From a virus, in the IMG/VR virus record IMGVR_UViG_3300045988_129382, positions 64,001-128,000 of that record: a DNA stretch of 64,000 nt, one strand, 5' to 3'. The notes beneath the pieces are model-generated. The model was not told the DNA's origin, did no database searches, and saw only the letters and a program-made list of their open reading frames with translations. The translations under genes were made by a program, and so were the position numbers. Positions 63,080-64,000 of the stretch are shown piece after piece. How positions within the stretch are numbered: position 1 is the stretch's first letter; each line of letters begins with the position of its first letter.

Positions 63080-64000
63080 ATGGGCGATAAAGTTTTTAGT
63101 AATAATATACGACTAAAGTATAATTATGATAGGGATAAGGTTGGTAATACTGTATTTAGACCATATGTCTATGATAGTAATGGTACTACTAATTTTCCCG
63201 GTAGTTTCTCTAATATAGAGATGGTACATCCGTTGAATAGTCCTGATAATGGATTTAAGTTACGTTATGACTTTGCTAGTAAAGATAATATACAAGGTGG
63301 TAAGAGACGTTTCTTATTTTTTAAGGGTACAAATGGTGTAAATTCAATGTTTTCTGCATCTGATAGTAATATGGTTAACGATGTGCGTATTAATAGTAAT
63401 TTTTCAATTTCGATGCAAGCAAAGAATTTAAATGATTATATTATCCTTAAACATGATTTAAGGTTTGATAAAGGAACATTGAAGTATAAAGATACAAATA
63501 ATAGAATTTATACTGTTGAGGGACTAGGTAATTTTGCAAGTGAAACTGACTATAAGTCTAGAGATAAATTTTATGGCTATGGTCAGCCTGTTTCATATCA
63601 GTCTTTTAATATCGATAGTAATGGTAAAAACACTAATCGATATATCACTCCTGATATAGACGTGTTTAAGAATAGTGGTTATTCATGTTTCATGTTGTTA
63701 GTTCATTTTACTATTAGGTTAAAAACTTACAGTGGTGATTGGGGTACTTTTACTATGTATTGTTTTGTACCTGTGTGTTTTTATGATTTAGGTGTATTGA
63801 ATAATGGTAATAGTTCAAGTAATTGGGGTTTAGGGGCTAAGTTAAATTCTGGTGATAGTTATTCATATTCTTCATCAATATCTATCCAGAACATGCTAGG
63901 TACTACTTTAGATGAGAAAATTTGGGGTGGTAATGGTGTCAACTTATTTAGTGGTAAAATTACAAACAACTTAGAATATGCTAGGTCTATTCCTGATGTG
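63080..64000 (+). CDS. Hypothetical protein, 5' part (runs off the window end)
   Basis: ATG at 63080 after a GTAGGTGGTG RBS. I translated 307 codons with no stop to the window edge (MGDKVFSNNIRLKYNYDRDKVGNT...). It is not in the supplied track. Confidence 0.6.
   Translation, partial: MGDKVFSNNIRLKYNYDRDKVGNTVFRPYVYDSNGTTNFPGSFSNIEMVHPLNSPDNGFKLRYDFASKDNIQGGKRRFLFFKGTNGVNSMFSASDSNMVNDVRINSNFSISMQAKNLNDYIILKHDLRFDKGTLKYKDTNNRIYTVEGLGNFASETDYKSRDKFYGYGQPVSYQSFNIDSNGKNTNRYITPDIDVFKNSGYSCFMLLVHFTIRLKTYSGDWGTFTMYCFVPVCFYDLGVLNNGNSSSNWGLGAKLNSGDSYSYSSSISIQNMLGTTLDEKIWGGNGVNLFSGKITNNLEYARSIPDV

Overview
AT-rich 64-kb stretch of a large tailed-phage (myovirus-type) genome. Every credible gene is on the + strand, tightly packed and often overlapping at start/stop codons. 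I saw no integrase or other lysogeny functions. Modules, left to right: (1) 0-21.6 kb, baseplate and tail fibres: gp5/V-like spike, gp25-like and J-like wedge proteins, a 1222-aa baseplate protein, an 1149-aa fibre with an embedded metallo-beta-lactamase-fold domain, and two paralogous receptor-binding proteins. (2) 21.7-23.2 kb, lysis-like genes. (3) 23.2-42.9 kb, replication and recombination: family-A DNA polymerase interrupted by a LAGLIDADG intein, ATP-dependent ligase, clamp-loader-like and clamp-like genes, RuvC-like resolvase, RecA, an SbcC/Rad50 split at its zinc hook plus SbcD, and three DNA methyltransferase genes. Two of the methyltransferases are paralogs sharing a perfect 255-bp block; the third is broken at a G6 tract. 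(4) 43-50.5 kb, small accessory genes separated by promoter/terminator cassettes. This includes about 0.55 kb of apparently structured non-coding DNA with tRNA-like modules, fused to six tRNA genes, plus a papain-like peptidase and a MazF/PemK-like cassette. (5) 50.5-51.3 kb, a non-coding region with four different families of tandem direct repeats. (6) 51.3-61.7 kb, nucleotide metabolism: nrdD preceded by tandem NrdR-box-like palindromes, nrdG separated from nrdD by small genes including a Doc-like gene, dUTPase, and a guanylate-kinase-like gene. (7) A TOPRIM primase-like gene and further ORFs. All calls rest on reading the motifs by eye; no database search or RNA folding was run.
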